This document shows positions 1-12,414 of a DNA stretch of 64,000 nt, piece by piece; within the stretch, counting starts at the first letter, position 1, and the number at the start of each line of letters is the position of its first letter. Origin of the DNA: Enoplolaimus lenunculus. Taxonomy: Eukaryota. Under the pieces are notes generated by a model, which saw nothing but the letters and a program-made list of their open reading frames with translations, searched no databases and was not told the origin of the DNA. The stretch lies in NCBI GenBank assembly GCA_030248215.1, contig JASANG010001414.1:124001-188000 (forward strand), in the 5' to 3' direction. Both the position numbers and the translations under genes were made by a program.

Positions 1-177
1 AACAATTAAACTAATAAACTGCGCAATATATGCACAAACACATACGAATTAACTTATAGCTATATAACCTTACAGCTTATTCTGCAACAAACAAATTAAA
101 ACTCATTCAATTTGCTAGTTAAACGCATAAACCGAAATAACTGGCTAAAGAATAAAACTGAAGATCTGGATTCTTAC

Positions 178-251
178 CAGTTTCCCGGACTCGAAATTGT
201 TACCGGAGCCGAGTCCGCCACCGGTACTACTAACAGGGGCCAAAGAATATT
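178..251 (-). CDS. Possible internal exon of an unidentified gene that runs off the left edge (EYSLAPVSSTGGGLGSGNNFESGKL)
   Basis: GC-richer 74-nt block, open in one frame, bounded on the minus strand by cttacag and gtaaga. No recognisable domain. Confidence 0.35.
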
Positions 252-1539
252 CTGTAAGAATGTATTTTGTTTTGTTAAAATAGATGTTTATTGCAACGAC
301 AATCATGGTTTTCAAGTCAAAATGACCGTGAACCATGTGTGCAGACGGAGCTTTTTTTAGATTGCAGTATTGTTGGTAGTGTAGTGTAAAAGTAGTTTTG
401 CCATTATATATATAGGATACTATACATGATATGTTAAATAATGGCACACACAATTTCAAGCCGCATAACTTTAGTTGATTTTTGTTAAAGAGTTTAATTT
501 TGTCATAAAAAAGTTACTGGCTCCAAGCAAAACCATGTCAGAACGACCGCGAACCATGTTTGCAGACGGAGCTTTTTTCAGTTTGCAGCATTATTGGTAG
601 TGTAGTGTAAAAGTAATTTTGTCATTTATTGTATCGCTAATAATCTTGTTTGAAGCACTCTTGGCAATTATTTTTATTCGGCACGATGAACCAAAAAAAT
701 TAGAGACAAGTCAGAAAATGACACCAAAACGAATCAAAATTCAAACCAAACTTTTTAGGTTGAACATTTTGCATGAAATTTATTTCGAAAAAATCAATTT
801 CCACGACAACTGTAAAATTTTATTACCAATTGATAGTTTGCAATTCAAGACGTGAGCTCGCAGCTTTGCTAAACAATCTGTACAAACAGCATCTGTGCGA
901 AAATGTCACCATTTTCCTCATATTTTGGAACAGTACAGGTATCTAAAACTTCAACCTGGCAACAAGAAATTTTGTACAAATTTCGGATGTGCTTGAAATT
1001 CTTCAACCTTAATTCCGGTTTCGGTTCCGGCATTTTTCACCTTCCTGTTCCGGTTCCGGTAAAATTTTACCGGAATTAATAATTCCGGTATTAAAATTTG
1101 GTAGATCGAAATCGGGGTGCAATCTGAATTCCGATTCCGATTAGAATCAATTCAAAACAAGTTCCGATTCCGATTCCGATTGCACAATCAATCGTATATG
1201 AATTTCCACATTTTAATTTTAGATCTACTTGTTGTGATATGTTGTATAAAAACTCTGCATCATTTATCTATTGCTTTCGATAATTGCCGAAAATAAACCA
1301 TCGAAGGAAGAAGTGAACACCCAGTTCCAACTAGAGTTATTTATTTCACCAATAACATTGCACAAAAGAAAATTAAAATGAATTTTTCGGTGACATGTAT
1401 TTTTCATTTTCCGGTTCCGTTTCCCGTAATTTTTTCAAACTCCGGTTCCGGTAAATTGTAATTCCGGCTGCACCCTGGTTGGAATATAATTGGAGTTGCT
1501 TGTTGGAGTTGTGTTTATTTTGGAGTTAAATATTAGCGT

Positions 1540-1807
1540 AAAGGCCCGGACCGCGAATTCCAACTTCTCATCCCATGGGTCTGCAATTTACAGCGCCCGT
1601 TTTGCGAATATACATGGTTTTCCACTCCGGGAATCGAACCTCGGACCTCTCGCTCGTGAGTCAAGCGCGCTACCCATTATACCACGCGGCCGATATTACA
1701 ATTTTCTTAAGTACGTACTATAGTGGTATATGTGTGCGTGTATGTGTAAGCATGTGTCTTAACGTTACATACACATTAGAACATACACTACGCCACGTAT
1801 CGCCACG
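1540..1807 (-). mobile_element. Partial copy of tRNA-bearing TRIM family 1 (LTR plus part of the internal region; LTR end and PBS deleted)
   Basis: Reverse complement matches the LTR at 27059-27300, including ggccgcgtggtataatgggtagcgc...ggttcgattccc. It also matches the internal block gggcgctgtaaattgcag...ttcgcggtccgg. Confidence 0.75.
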
Positions 1808-2975
1808 CTTGCACCCATCATATGACGTTTCAGCGCAAAATAATTTGGTTACCTAGGCAGGTGGCGCCCACCTCTCAAAGCATTTGTTCCATAAAAATCA
1901 AGTTAGAAACTTTACCAGAGAATCAAACAATTTGTGCTCGATACGATGCAAACATGAACTAAGGAAACTAGCTATGTATTAACCATAAGTGTAACAAAAG
2001 CTTGCATTTATATATTTCAATCTTGTAATAATACAGCCACTGACTCTGACTCCCCAAAACTGTAGTAGCGTTTGAATTATGTTATTTGCTTTGACTCTAA
2101 ACGGTTGTATTAAAACGCGGTGTCGATCTAAACTAGTCAATCTTTATTTAAAGTGAACGTGACTTTTATTGCTAAAATTTTAATCTCTGATTTGTGCCTT
2201 CGTTTGCATCAAAAGGTCAGGGGCGGAACGTATCTTTGCGTGACTCGAATAGAGTAAGCTTAAGCTTTAGACTAATTTTTTTGCTAGGGTAGGCCTTATG
2301 CTGAGGCTTAATAGGCTTTTAGGAATAAAGTCATTCTTACGGTTAGGCTTTGCTTACGCTTAGGCATAGGAAAATGCTTATATTAATCTTGTCCTAACCT
2401 TGCTCTTTACATTGGCCGCATCGCCAAATCTAAAACGAAAGACATGTGGTATGTGCAAAGTTCTTTTTGGTGTGAACAGGCAGCGGCGTATAAGCCATCT
2501 GAAAACATATCCTGACATTGCACGTCGTCAGACATGAGTACCAAATTAGTGTAGTGTGTTGCAAAATTCCAAACAAAAATCCCGCTTACGTGCTCAGATT
2601 TTGCTTACATTGTAGGCAGTGGGGACAGCGGGACACTAGGACAACGGAGCATCAATTACTGCTGGATAGAGGGGACAGTAAAACAATGGGGACCGCGGCG
2701 ACAGTAGGACAGCTAGACGCTAAAACTGCGAAACAAAAGGTCAACGAACACAAAAACAGCAGGGACCGCGTGACAGCACGATAGTTGAAACAACGCAACA
2801 ACAGGGAATACAAAACAGTGGGAAAGCAGGACAGGTGGGACAGCAGGCAGCGAGAAAAGCAGGCAACACGGACAGTAGAACAGGCCAAAAGTTTTAAGGA
2901 TATCAAAAAATCCCCTGTACGAGTTAATAAGCCAATTTATTCTGAAAGCATGGTGTAACAGAATATCCGTTTCCG

Positions 2976-3165
2976 GGCACATGTAAACATCAGGAATGGA
3001 ACGTTTTCCTGTGGAATCGCAACAGAGTAACCTTAAGTTTTAGACTAATTTTTTTGCTTAGCTTAGGCTTTAGGCTTAGGCTTAGGAATATGCTCATTCT
3101 TAGCTTAGAATTCGGCTTAGGCTTCAGCTTATAGTACGGTTCCGCCCCTGTTCTTTACATTGGCC
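2976..3165. mobile_element. MITE family A with internal TTAGGC array
   Basis: Termini ggcacatgtaaa...ctttacattggcc with internal (ttaggc)n. Same family as 20816-21030 and 45067-45261. A degenerate copy lies at ~2214-2416. Confidence 0.7.
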
Positions 3166-4706
3166 GGCTGCGGCTCAGGCTTCAGGAATATATTCAATCT
3201 ACTGTTACGGCCAGAAAAGTCATATTTGTCATAGCGGCGACGTCCAGCAGTGATATTTTCACGCCACCCCACACCGTTTCGGCCTCAAGCAAAAAAGTGT
3301 AGTCAGGAATCTAAGCCTGCTCTTTCACAGACCCACCAGAAACCGGCACGGCCATAAACGTATAACATGGGCCGCAGATTTATTGGTGTAAAAGATTCTC
3401 TATAGCAAAAATCCATTGCCTGTAGAATCGACTGCGTGTATATATTGCAACTTGTAAGTTATATATCGAAGCATTTGCAAATTGCTATTAAAGGAAACTT
3501 ATTCGCGTGACACTTAGCAGTTTAAGACGCTTTCATGCTCGGAAAATATTTAATTAAAATTTCACACAACGTTCGACTGTTTGGGTTAAATTTGACCATC
3601 TGGTTTCGTAAAACTATTTTTGTTTGGCTGCTATTTTAACACGCGACGTAAAAGACGGTATTACAGCTTGTGTACCAAAGTTTAGAATCTGGCACAAAAG
3701 CGATCTACAGCTAGCCTGGGCGTAAACACTAGATTTAGCGTATTCCTAAGTCTATAGCCTATTAAGCCTAAGCGTTGCAAAATGAGTTCCTAAGCCTAAG
3801 CCTAGGCCTAAGCAAAATATGTAAGCAATCTAGAATCGAAACCTACTCTATTTATAGAACCACCAGAAACCTGGACGCCCCTTAAAGTAACATGGGCCAT
3901 GGCTTCTGTAGAATTGTAATTTCTCCAGCAAATTAATAGTTGTAGTTGTTTTAAATAAATTTTGCCGTTTAAACATTTGTGCAGCTTTGTGACAATTAAT
4001 ATATGATACCGAGATATACATATGGTTGAAAAATCGAACTCGGACGAATTTACATTGTATTGTATAGTATATAAAGTCTTGTACGACTGGTTGATCCAAG
4101 GGACATCCAGACCACAGCTTCCTGTCAGCAATTGAAACCAAAATTTTAGTGTTAGGATTAATTTCTCAAACTTCATTTGGTATTCCACTCGCTTCACGTT
4201 CATGCATTTTTTGTAGCATACCGGCAGCGCCATATCAGAAATTGTAGATCAGCCATTGCTAGGCACTTGGGTTTTCAAGTAGTGTCCTAGGCTGAGGAAT
4301 CTTATCGATTTATGTTTTGTAAGTTTGAGCTAGCTTGCATGGTAAAACTTATATTAACGATATTTTATATTAAAGCTCACACAGGTCGAAATATGTACGT
4401 TGTTTTTAAGAGCAATGTGGGCTCGTTTAAGGGGATATCCGGTTAAAAGAAGTGTGTAAATTTACTCAAAATGGACTAAGAGAAATTCTCTCACCAACAC
4501 ATTTAAAATATGCAACTGGAAGAAGGAACGTATCCAATCACTTTTTCCAGCAGCTATTAAATGCAAGCTTTTGTCACAGACGTATTCTCAATTGTATCCT
4601 CAAATAAAAAAATTACAAATAACAAGTATGCCTCCTATCACCCATACAACTGACTAAATTTGCCACAATATTTGCGTTCAGAGCCATTTTGGTAAGTATA
4701 GTTTCA

Positions 4707-5582
4707 ATGCTTAAACTGGAAAAATTGCTGATTGCATTCATATTTACTGCAGTCTCTTTATGCATCGCGCACCGCAACTGCAGTTCACCTGCCGATTCAT
4801 TAATGTCGTCATGTTTTGATGCCGCCTACAAATCGACAGCACCAACTATATCGTACGAAGGTTTGCCCCAACTCCATTCAAAGCAATCTTGCGGTCGAGC
4901 AACTGCGTTTAGACGGTGCTTTTTAATTGGTTACAATTATCGTTGTTCTGACGAAACTATTGCTCAAATTGCATCTGTTCGCTATTTAAACTTTACCGGT
5001 CAACTGCTTCCTTCCCCAGTGTTCGTTCAAGTAAAAAATCGACTCCTGCTAGCTTGTCGAATTTATATGTCACGCTGTGAACGGCACATCTTGCAACCAT
5101 GCAATCGTATGACTGTTTCGCAACGTGCACGCAACCGCAATTATGCGACACAACTACGACAAATTACTCGTGCAACTACAGCGATGCAACAAGCAACGCG
5201 TGGAGGCAATAGCAACAGCAGCAAGGCGGAACAGTGTGGCGAAGTGTGGCGATTCCTGGCGCAATGGATTCAATATCGCAGTGCGGTGTGTAAATTTGAT
5301 TTTTCTCAATGTTACTGTTATTTGCTGCGCACAATATTGACAAAATATCGATGTCCTTTCAATGAACAAAATTGTAGAATTCCTGCAGTTCGTAGTGTGG
5401 CAGCGGTTGGAGAACTATTGGTACTCAAATCAGATGCAGCCGATATAATCGAAAGAAATGGGGCGGATAAGCTATTTAGAACTGCTGTCAGCGGAAATTC
5501 CGGAGCTTGCACACTCTACAAGCGTGTGAACGGGTATTGTATTTTGGTATTTTTACTGGTGATGCGCTGTCTATATATGTGA
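4707..5582 (+). CDS. Intronless Cys-rich putative secreted or GPI-anchored protein (~291 aa), function unknown
   Basis: Long ORF in AT-rich DNA. N-terminus resembles a signal peptide (MLKLEKLLIAFIFTAVSLCIA), cysteines are frequent, and the C-terminus is hydrophobic (GYCILVFLLVMRCLYM) after a small-residue stretch (SGNSG). Confidence 0.65.
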   Translation: MLKLEKLLIAFIFTAVSLCIAHRNCSSPADSLMSSCFDAAYKSTAPTISYEGLPQLHSKQSCGRATAFRRCFLIGYNYRCSDETIAQIASVRYLNFTGQLLPSPVFVQVKNRLLLACRIYMSRCERHILQPCNRMTVSQRARNRNYATQLRQITRATTAMQQATRGGNSNSSKAEQCGEVWRFLAQWIQYRSAVCKFDFSQCYCYLLRTILTKYRCPFNEQNCRIPAVRSVAAVGELLVLKSDAADIIERNGADKLFRTAVSGNSGACTLYKRVNGYCILVFLLVMRCLYM

Positions 5583-5836
5583 AAAACGAAGCCACCGTTG
5601 GTGTTGAAGTAAAAAGTTTTCATGCACACCAAACGAACAAAGTTAAGTTTACTTTAAAAGCAGTACAAACTGTCGTATAAACAAATTAAGCTCGTCAAAA
5701 AAATTTTGCTCACACTTTGCTGATATATATCGAGCGACCATAAAAGCCTGTTGTGATTGCAAGGATAGGATGAATTCTGAGATAGCAGTTTTAAGAAAAG
5801 TTTCTGAATATAGTAAAGTTTAATATTAGATAAAAG

Positions 5837-6012
5837 GGTCAATGTAAAGAACAGGGGCAGAACAGTATTATAAGCATAAGCCTAAGACTAAACCTAACCA
5901 TAAGAAAGACCATATTCCTAAGCCTAAGCAGAAGCCTAAGCAAAGCAAAAAGTTAGTCTAAAGCTAAAAGCTTACTCTATTCTAGTCACACAGATAAACT
6001 CTCCGCCCCTGA
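5837..6012. mobile_element. MITE family A copy, one end truncated
   Basis: Begins ggtcaatgtaaagaacaggggcagaac, contains a (cctaag)n array and ends ctccgcccctga. Confidence 0.65.
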
Positions 6013-6891
6013 TGCATTAAAGTGATACATTTTAATGAAACATGCCAAAAGCCCGAAACAAAATTTACGGCCCAGGGACTGTTCCAGATTTTCACTTTTA
6101 GAGAAGTCAGTTACAATTCCACCGAAGTCTAAAAATTTTGTGAAGTCCGAAAATGGACGGTGCGCACCCCGTTTTTTTTCTTTTTAAATTTTTTCGACCA
6201 CCCTATTTTCCGAAAAAATTTTCAACACAAGGTGGCACAGAATCCATGATTCAACCGAACCCGAACCCGAATTCGAATCCATTGCTAATTTGTCGAATCT
6301 GAATCTGAATCCTGCATGCTGCGAATTTCAGATATATCTATAAATTGTTTCAGAATATCAGCACATTGCCAGCCTTAAAACTTTAAACGTTAGTATATAT
6401 TTCGAGCTCGACCTCAGTTCTGAGATTTGTGACCTACAATAAAAAAATATTGATTTCTATATATAACAATTTACGTAAATTTGATTACTTAAAAATAAAA
6501 AAACATTGCCAAGCACTGTTGGATTCGGCTTTTTGATTCGGTTTTTGTCAGAACCAAAACCGGATCTAAATCTGAACCGCAAATGTTTTCCGAATCCGAA
6601 GCCGAACCTTTGCTACCACCCTGCTGAGAGTTGTCCAACTACTTCGGTGCACACAAAATAGTATTTCTGAATTTATTCAGAAAAGTGTCTTCTGTGAGGT
6701 GGCTTCATGGATGAATAAAATGGTTGCACCGGGTCTCTGTGGGACTGCTAGAAATTCATCACAAAGTATATGCGAAGCGTGAAGAGAGTCCTTGAAAGAA
6801 AATTTGAACGAGTCGTACTTTACTAAATATCACTTTAAAACCACGCGAGAGCTATGTTCTCGCAGCAGATAAGGAATATAGTTTCTCAGTA

Positions 6892-7136
6892 CACACAAAA
6901 TAGTATTTCTGAATTTATTCAGAAAAGTGTCTTCTGTGGCAAATCTGAAAAGTTTTTCTGATATTAAAGACAATTTTTCTGAAAATAACTGGAAAACGTT
7001 TATTTTCAGACTTTATTTCAAAACGTTTTGAAAACATTTCTGTTAAAACAGAAATACTTTTCAAGTGCACCTTGCTAATCATATTTCTCAAATGTAAGAA
7101 ATTTTTGCTTAAATATCAGAAATATTATTTTGAGTG
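6892..7136. mobile_element. TA-flanked MITE with TIR cac(a/t)caaaata(g/a)tatttctga; inverted copy at 20353-20598
   Basis: About 21-bp terminal inverted repeats. The copy at 20353-20598 has TA on both sides. Confidence 0.7.
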
Positions 7137-7734
7137 TGGTAAGAAGTTTTATCCACGAGCAGGTATGCGCGAGGATATGATTCTTCTAGAAAACTTCTCA
7201 ACATTTGAACAAGTATTTTGTAAACCCTTGTATATAACCCTGCCGAAGGCCGAAGAACGCAATCAGTACTTTCCAAAAATCCCGTAGAGGTATGACCGGC
7301 GTTGGAATAATAATAGTCGGCTGCCCCAAACAGGTTGAGGGTTCCCCTATTGAATGTTTCACAGCTTGTATAACTTCGTGATCCGCGAAAAAAATTTTGT
7401 TGGCTTGTTATCAATTGAAACATATCGTCGGTTTTCGGTTGGTGGGAGGCCCATTTTGGTGGGAGGCACGGCCCCCCCCCCTTTAATCCGGCGCTACCCT
7501 GATGTTTACATGGGCCGATAAAAGCAACAAAGTTTTTATTCTGAATAATTATTTACGAGCTTCTGCTACGCTACCGTGAAAACGAAGTTAATGTTAACAT
7601 TGATACCACGTCATTCTTGCGTTTAATGTGTCCAAAAACCACTATTTTAATGCGTTATTTTTTAATATCACTGAGGTTTACACATAGCTAAAAACACTTG
7701 ACAAGGAAAATCGAGAAATTGCTTAGAAGACTTA

Positions 7735-7942
7735 CACTGCAAAATGGTGAGTCAAATTGACTCTCTCCGAAATAGGCTTTTCCGGACTACACAAACTAAA
7801 TCAAAATTCGACTCCGCCAGACTCAAATGTGCGACTTGGCAAGTCGAAATTGACTCAGACGGAGTCGAATTTGACTCCGTTTGTGTAGTGCAGAAAACCC
7901 TATTTCGGAGAGAGTCAATTTGACTCACCATTTTTTGCAGTG
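7735..7942. mobile_element. Palindromic (hairpin) MITE; other copies at ~8696-8904 and ~31604-31779
   Basis: Long near-perfect inverted repeat cactgcaaaa..ggtgagtcaaattgactctctccgaaatagg / cctatttcggagagagtcaatttgactcacc..ttttgcagtg, present three times in the window. Confidence 0.8.
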
Positions 7943-9857
7943 ACACTCATCACATTTCATAACTTTGGTCATTTGAGCCGCGTTTTCGAAATCTTCAAAA
8001 ATTATGCGTCATCCATTAAAATCATTCAAAACATATCGCTGTAAAACATGTCAAGTTATTTATAACACTAAGTAACGCTTACAGAGCATCCGTTGTCTTT
8101 ATTAAGGTCAACAGAGGTCAAACCTACCGCACGCATTTCTGGTTTTGCTGAAAATCCAATTTCCCACTGCCGTCATATTTATTTATGTCGAGGGAAATTG
8201 GAACTCAATTGTGGTCGTCCATTTTCCACTGCCCTGATCGGCACTTTTCAATTTCCGTTTTGAAAAAATTCTGTCTTCTCAATTTTCCAATCTTTTCAAA
8301 ATTGAGATTCAATTTCCGACTTCCATAATCTGAAAAACCCGTAGTGGGAAGTTGAAATCTAAATATTTAATCAATTTCCATATACGGTTTTTAAAATAAC
8401 TCAATTTACCACACGAGCAATTTTGAGTTTCTCAATTTCCAACTACTATGATTTTTAAAAACCGTGGTTGGAAATTGGCGTTGCAAATTTCCACACAGCG
8501 GACACAAGATAAAATGGATGACGCATTATACGATGCCAGGATCCATCATCACTCAACTGCGGAAAATTACTCACATGAGAAGATGTGTAAGACTTTCGAC
8601 CGTCCCTCAATTTACAATAAACAACTATATATACTATTAAATTAACATATTTTTAAATCGTTGAAAATTCCCAGAACAAATATATAAGGCTCCTTCACTG
8701 CAAAAAATTTTGAGTCAAATTGACTCTCTCAGAAATAGGCTCTACGGGACAACACAAACTGAGTCAAATTCGACACTGCCAGAATCAAATTCGACACACG
8801 GAATCGCACGTTCCACTCCGGCGGTGTCGAATTTGACTCAGTTTGCGTAGTCCCGTAGAGCCTATTTCGGAGAGAATCAATTTGATTCACCATTTTTTGC
8901 AGTGTTGCAACACTTCTGAATTTAACAACAATTTTTTTAAATTATTTTTCTCAGCTTAATAATTCGTGTCACATTGGCAAGTGCTCTCAAATGGCAGAAA
9001 ATTCGCTACCTTTAACCCCTATAAGCGTAAACGACTGCTTAGCCGCTCGACCTGAACAAACAGTCGATTAGCTATGCATTTAATATGTGTGGTGTCAAAT
9101 TAAAATTGCAACAGTGCACAAAAATGTCATTTTCGCCCTTTTAGGTTGTTAAAATACGGTCGTTTTGTGCGCATAGAAATTCATCTGTTGCAATTAACTC
9201 GCACGTCACTTCGCCGACGCATAAACAGAAACTTTGTGAAAAGTTGTGTTAATACGGAAACACCGACATAAATCAAACGAATAATAAAAATTAAAGGCCT
9301 GTGTGTCTATAAAGCAAGCACGCGCCACAACGCTTAAATATTGTCGACCTTTGCTCCCGTTTTGAGTTCTTGTTCTGGCTCTTGCGTCCTCGCGTCATAA
9401 AGTGTCTCAGGTTTCTGAATCTTTTCATTTCCTTTTTCTTTCAACTCTGCCACTTCGAATCGATAAAGTGAAGATGAGAGTTAAAAATGGCTAGGCAAAC
9501 ACGGACAGACGGCACAAGAGTTAATTGTCGCGTCAAGTATAATCAATCATTGCAAACTTTGGTGCATTAAAACGAAATAAACATTAATTTCTGGGCTCGC
9601 AATAAATCTGAACGAAATTTTGCGAAATTTCATGAAAAAAATAAAGGAAATCGTCGTTAAGTTTGTGCAAAGTTAATAGCAGATAGAATGTTTGTTTCAA
9701 AACGAATTTTCAAACTTCTACAGGGTATATACTTACACTTTGGAATAAGTAAAATGCAGTAAAAACCAGCTGAACAACATTCAAAAAAGTAAATGAATAT
9801 AGGACTTTCTATATTTTCCAAATTCTTAAGTGAAAGTCTTATTTATACCAATATAAT

Positions 9858-10320
9858 TAAAACTGGAACGCCCACATGCGTATTTTGGGCAATGTTTCAG
9901 CATTTCAGTGCATAATATGTGTAACAGAAGAAAACTGCAGATATGCAAATCAGAGATCAGCAGCGTATATTTATATGGTAATAGTCGTTTCACGTACAGA
10001 ATAGATTTTAGTAGAATAACGTAAAACTCTGGCTACGGGTCAGCGTTCTGCGCTTAAATCTTCCGCATTGCAAATTTTGCACCACGTTGACAAGTAAGTA
10101 TAAACGCAGGAACAAGGCCATTACTAGCCCTACAATTAAAGCTGGAACGCCCCACATACTTATTTTGGGCAATGTTCCAGCATTTCAGTTCATAATATGT
10201 ATAACAGAAGAAAAACGCAGATATACAAATTTGAGATCAGTGTATATTTATATAGTGATAGTCTTTTCTCATACGCAGAATAGATTTCATAAGAAATAAA
10301 GCTCTGGCTACGGTCCAGCG
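9858..10320 (+). repeat. Direct duplication of ~185 bp (about 9858-10043 and 10137-10320)
   Basis: ctggaacgcccacat...ttttgggcaatgtt...ctctggctacgg occurs twice, about 280 bp apart. Confidence 0.7.
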
Positions 10321-10692
10321 TAACTAAATGCCGAAACAAGCCCATTAGCCCTGCATATATATTTAATTTCGGAATATTTCAGCTGGTATTTCAGTATTTT
10401 TTTAAACTAATTTTGCGTTGCGTTCTAGAAAGAAATGTTCATTCATAAATTGACTATAAACGTAGTAATAGAGCATTTTCAAAGGTTTGGAATTACATTT
10501 AGCTCGAAAACCTAATATTTAACATACGGATAGCGAATCCATCGAACTCTTAAAGTCAAACAGAAATTAAACTCAAGGCGGCGTTTATTCGTACAAGCGA
10601 CTTGTATATGTACAACTGTGATGTGAAATATCATGATACATATATATACGTTAAAATGTAAATCGTACAAATATTTATAGTACAAAAAGTTG

Positions 10693-10877
10693 GGCCCATG
10701 TTACGTTAAGGGGAGTCCAGTTTTCTGGTAGGTCTACAAAAGAGTAGGTTTAGATTCTAGATTACATTTGTTTGCTTAGGCTTAGGCTTAGGCTTAGGAA
10801 CTCATTTTTGCAACGCTTAGGCTTAGGCTTAGCAATACGTTGAATCTACTGTTACGTCCCTCAGAGCAACATTGGCC
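10693..10877. mobile_element. MITE family B with internal TTAGGC array and 8-bp TSD
   Basis: Termini ggcccatgtt...aacattggcc, flanked by aaaagttg at 10685-10692 and 10878-10885. Internal (ttaggc)n. Confidence 0.85.
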
Positions 10878-12414
10878 AAAAGTTGCATAATAGACAAAAT
10901 TGCAATCTTCAAAATTATATTCCTGTCAGACGCATGTTGGATCAAACACGAACACTTTGCGTTATTGTGTCGTTGATTTTATCTTGTGCCCACCATGTGG
11001 AAATTACAAATCGGCTATTTCCAGCTTCGCGTAAACAAAAAACTAGTAGATACAAATTGAGACAAGCACAACAGATCAGACAGTAGGCATTTTATTACTT
11101 GTGCATGAAAGTTAAAATAGATATTACGGTTGCAAATAATTATTAGAAATTTTTAAAAGTGTAGCAATGGGAAATTGAAACAATTCTTAAAAAGATTGGA
11201 AAACTGATGAGATTTTAGGAACCATACAAAAAATTCAAAGGAACTAAAAATGTGTGTTGTAGGTACGAAAAATTGCGCGAATAAGAAATACTAAAATCAT
11301 CTCTTCTCCAATTTCGGCATTTGACAAGTGAAACTTAAAATCAAATCGAAATGGAATTTGAAAACTGATTCAATTTCCTTATTTTATCTTTTTTAAAATC
11401 GCCGTAAACCCAACGTTTAAATTGATGTTTATCGATTCTAGTCAAATTTTAGAAGTCTGAAGCAGTGGAACTTGAACAGTTGTTCAATTTCTGTTTGGTA
11501 TAATTTTTTAACCTGTAGTTGAAAAATGCTGTTTGCAATTTCGGTAAGGTGGGCATAAGATAAAATGGACGATGCATTAGAAACGCAACATTCGCTGTTT
11601 CTAAAGTCTTATGACCAATCGTCATAATCTGATGATAGGTGCTGCACATGTTTAAGAAGACAGTTCTTAGTTTATAAACGTTGACATTTTGGTTTAAAAG
11701 ACTGTGCCTACAGCAAGTCTAAAAAAACTTCAAATTAGTATGAAAAAATAGGTTCAATTATTTCGCTAGGATAAAATGTTATGTAAATTTTGTCAGCGAA
11801 CGCAAAAATTTTACACCTTACAAAAATTCCCATTTCCCTATTCAGAAATTTCGAAAGGCAAATATCCATCCTATCGTTCCCCTTAAATACACCACTGGGT
11901 TTTAGCCCTTATTCATCAGTCATCACTGAAACTATTCATATACAACAGGTACCCCAGCTTTAAGATCTTTACTTTTAGGCTTAGACACTCGCATTTTGTT
12001 CTGGAATTGCTTTTTAAATAACCAAATAAATATTACTACAACATTCCTTCGAATAAAATCCAGTCAAACAGCAAATAGTGCAATGAAACATTAATAATTA
12101 AAATAAGATTTTGCAAAATTGCACGTTGCTTCAAGCTTGAGCACGACCATATTAATATTTCAATGGCCTATATTTAATTATAGAGGCTTGCTCATTGGAA
12201 GACGGATAGACTGAGAGGCATAGAGATTGGGAAGGTGACGTTTAGCCTTAGCTTTAGGCTTAGGATTACTGGACAGGTTCGTACCGATAACAAGCGCCCC
12301 TTTATTCCCTAAAAACTAGTAAACGGTTCGTTCTTCTCCGCACTAAATTTGCAATTTTTTTATTTTCGTAATCTGCACTTGGTCTTACAGCTTTGAATGT
12401 TTGCGATTTGGATT

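Noticed and set aside
1600..1691. Ordinary tRNA-derived SINE
   Set aside because: Homology extends ~100 bp upstream of the tRNA head, and the related copy has a PBS, a PPT and TG..CA ends.
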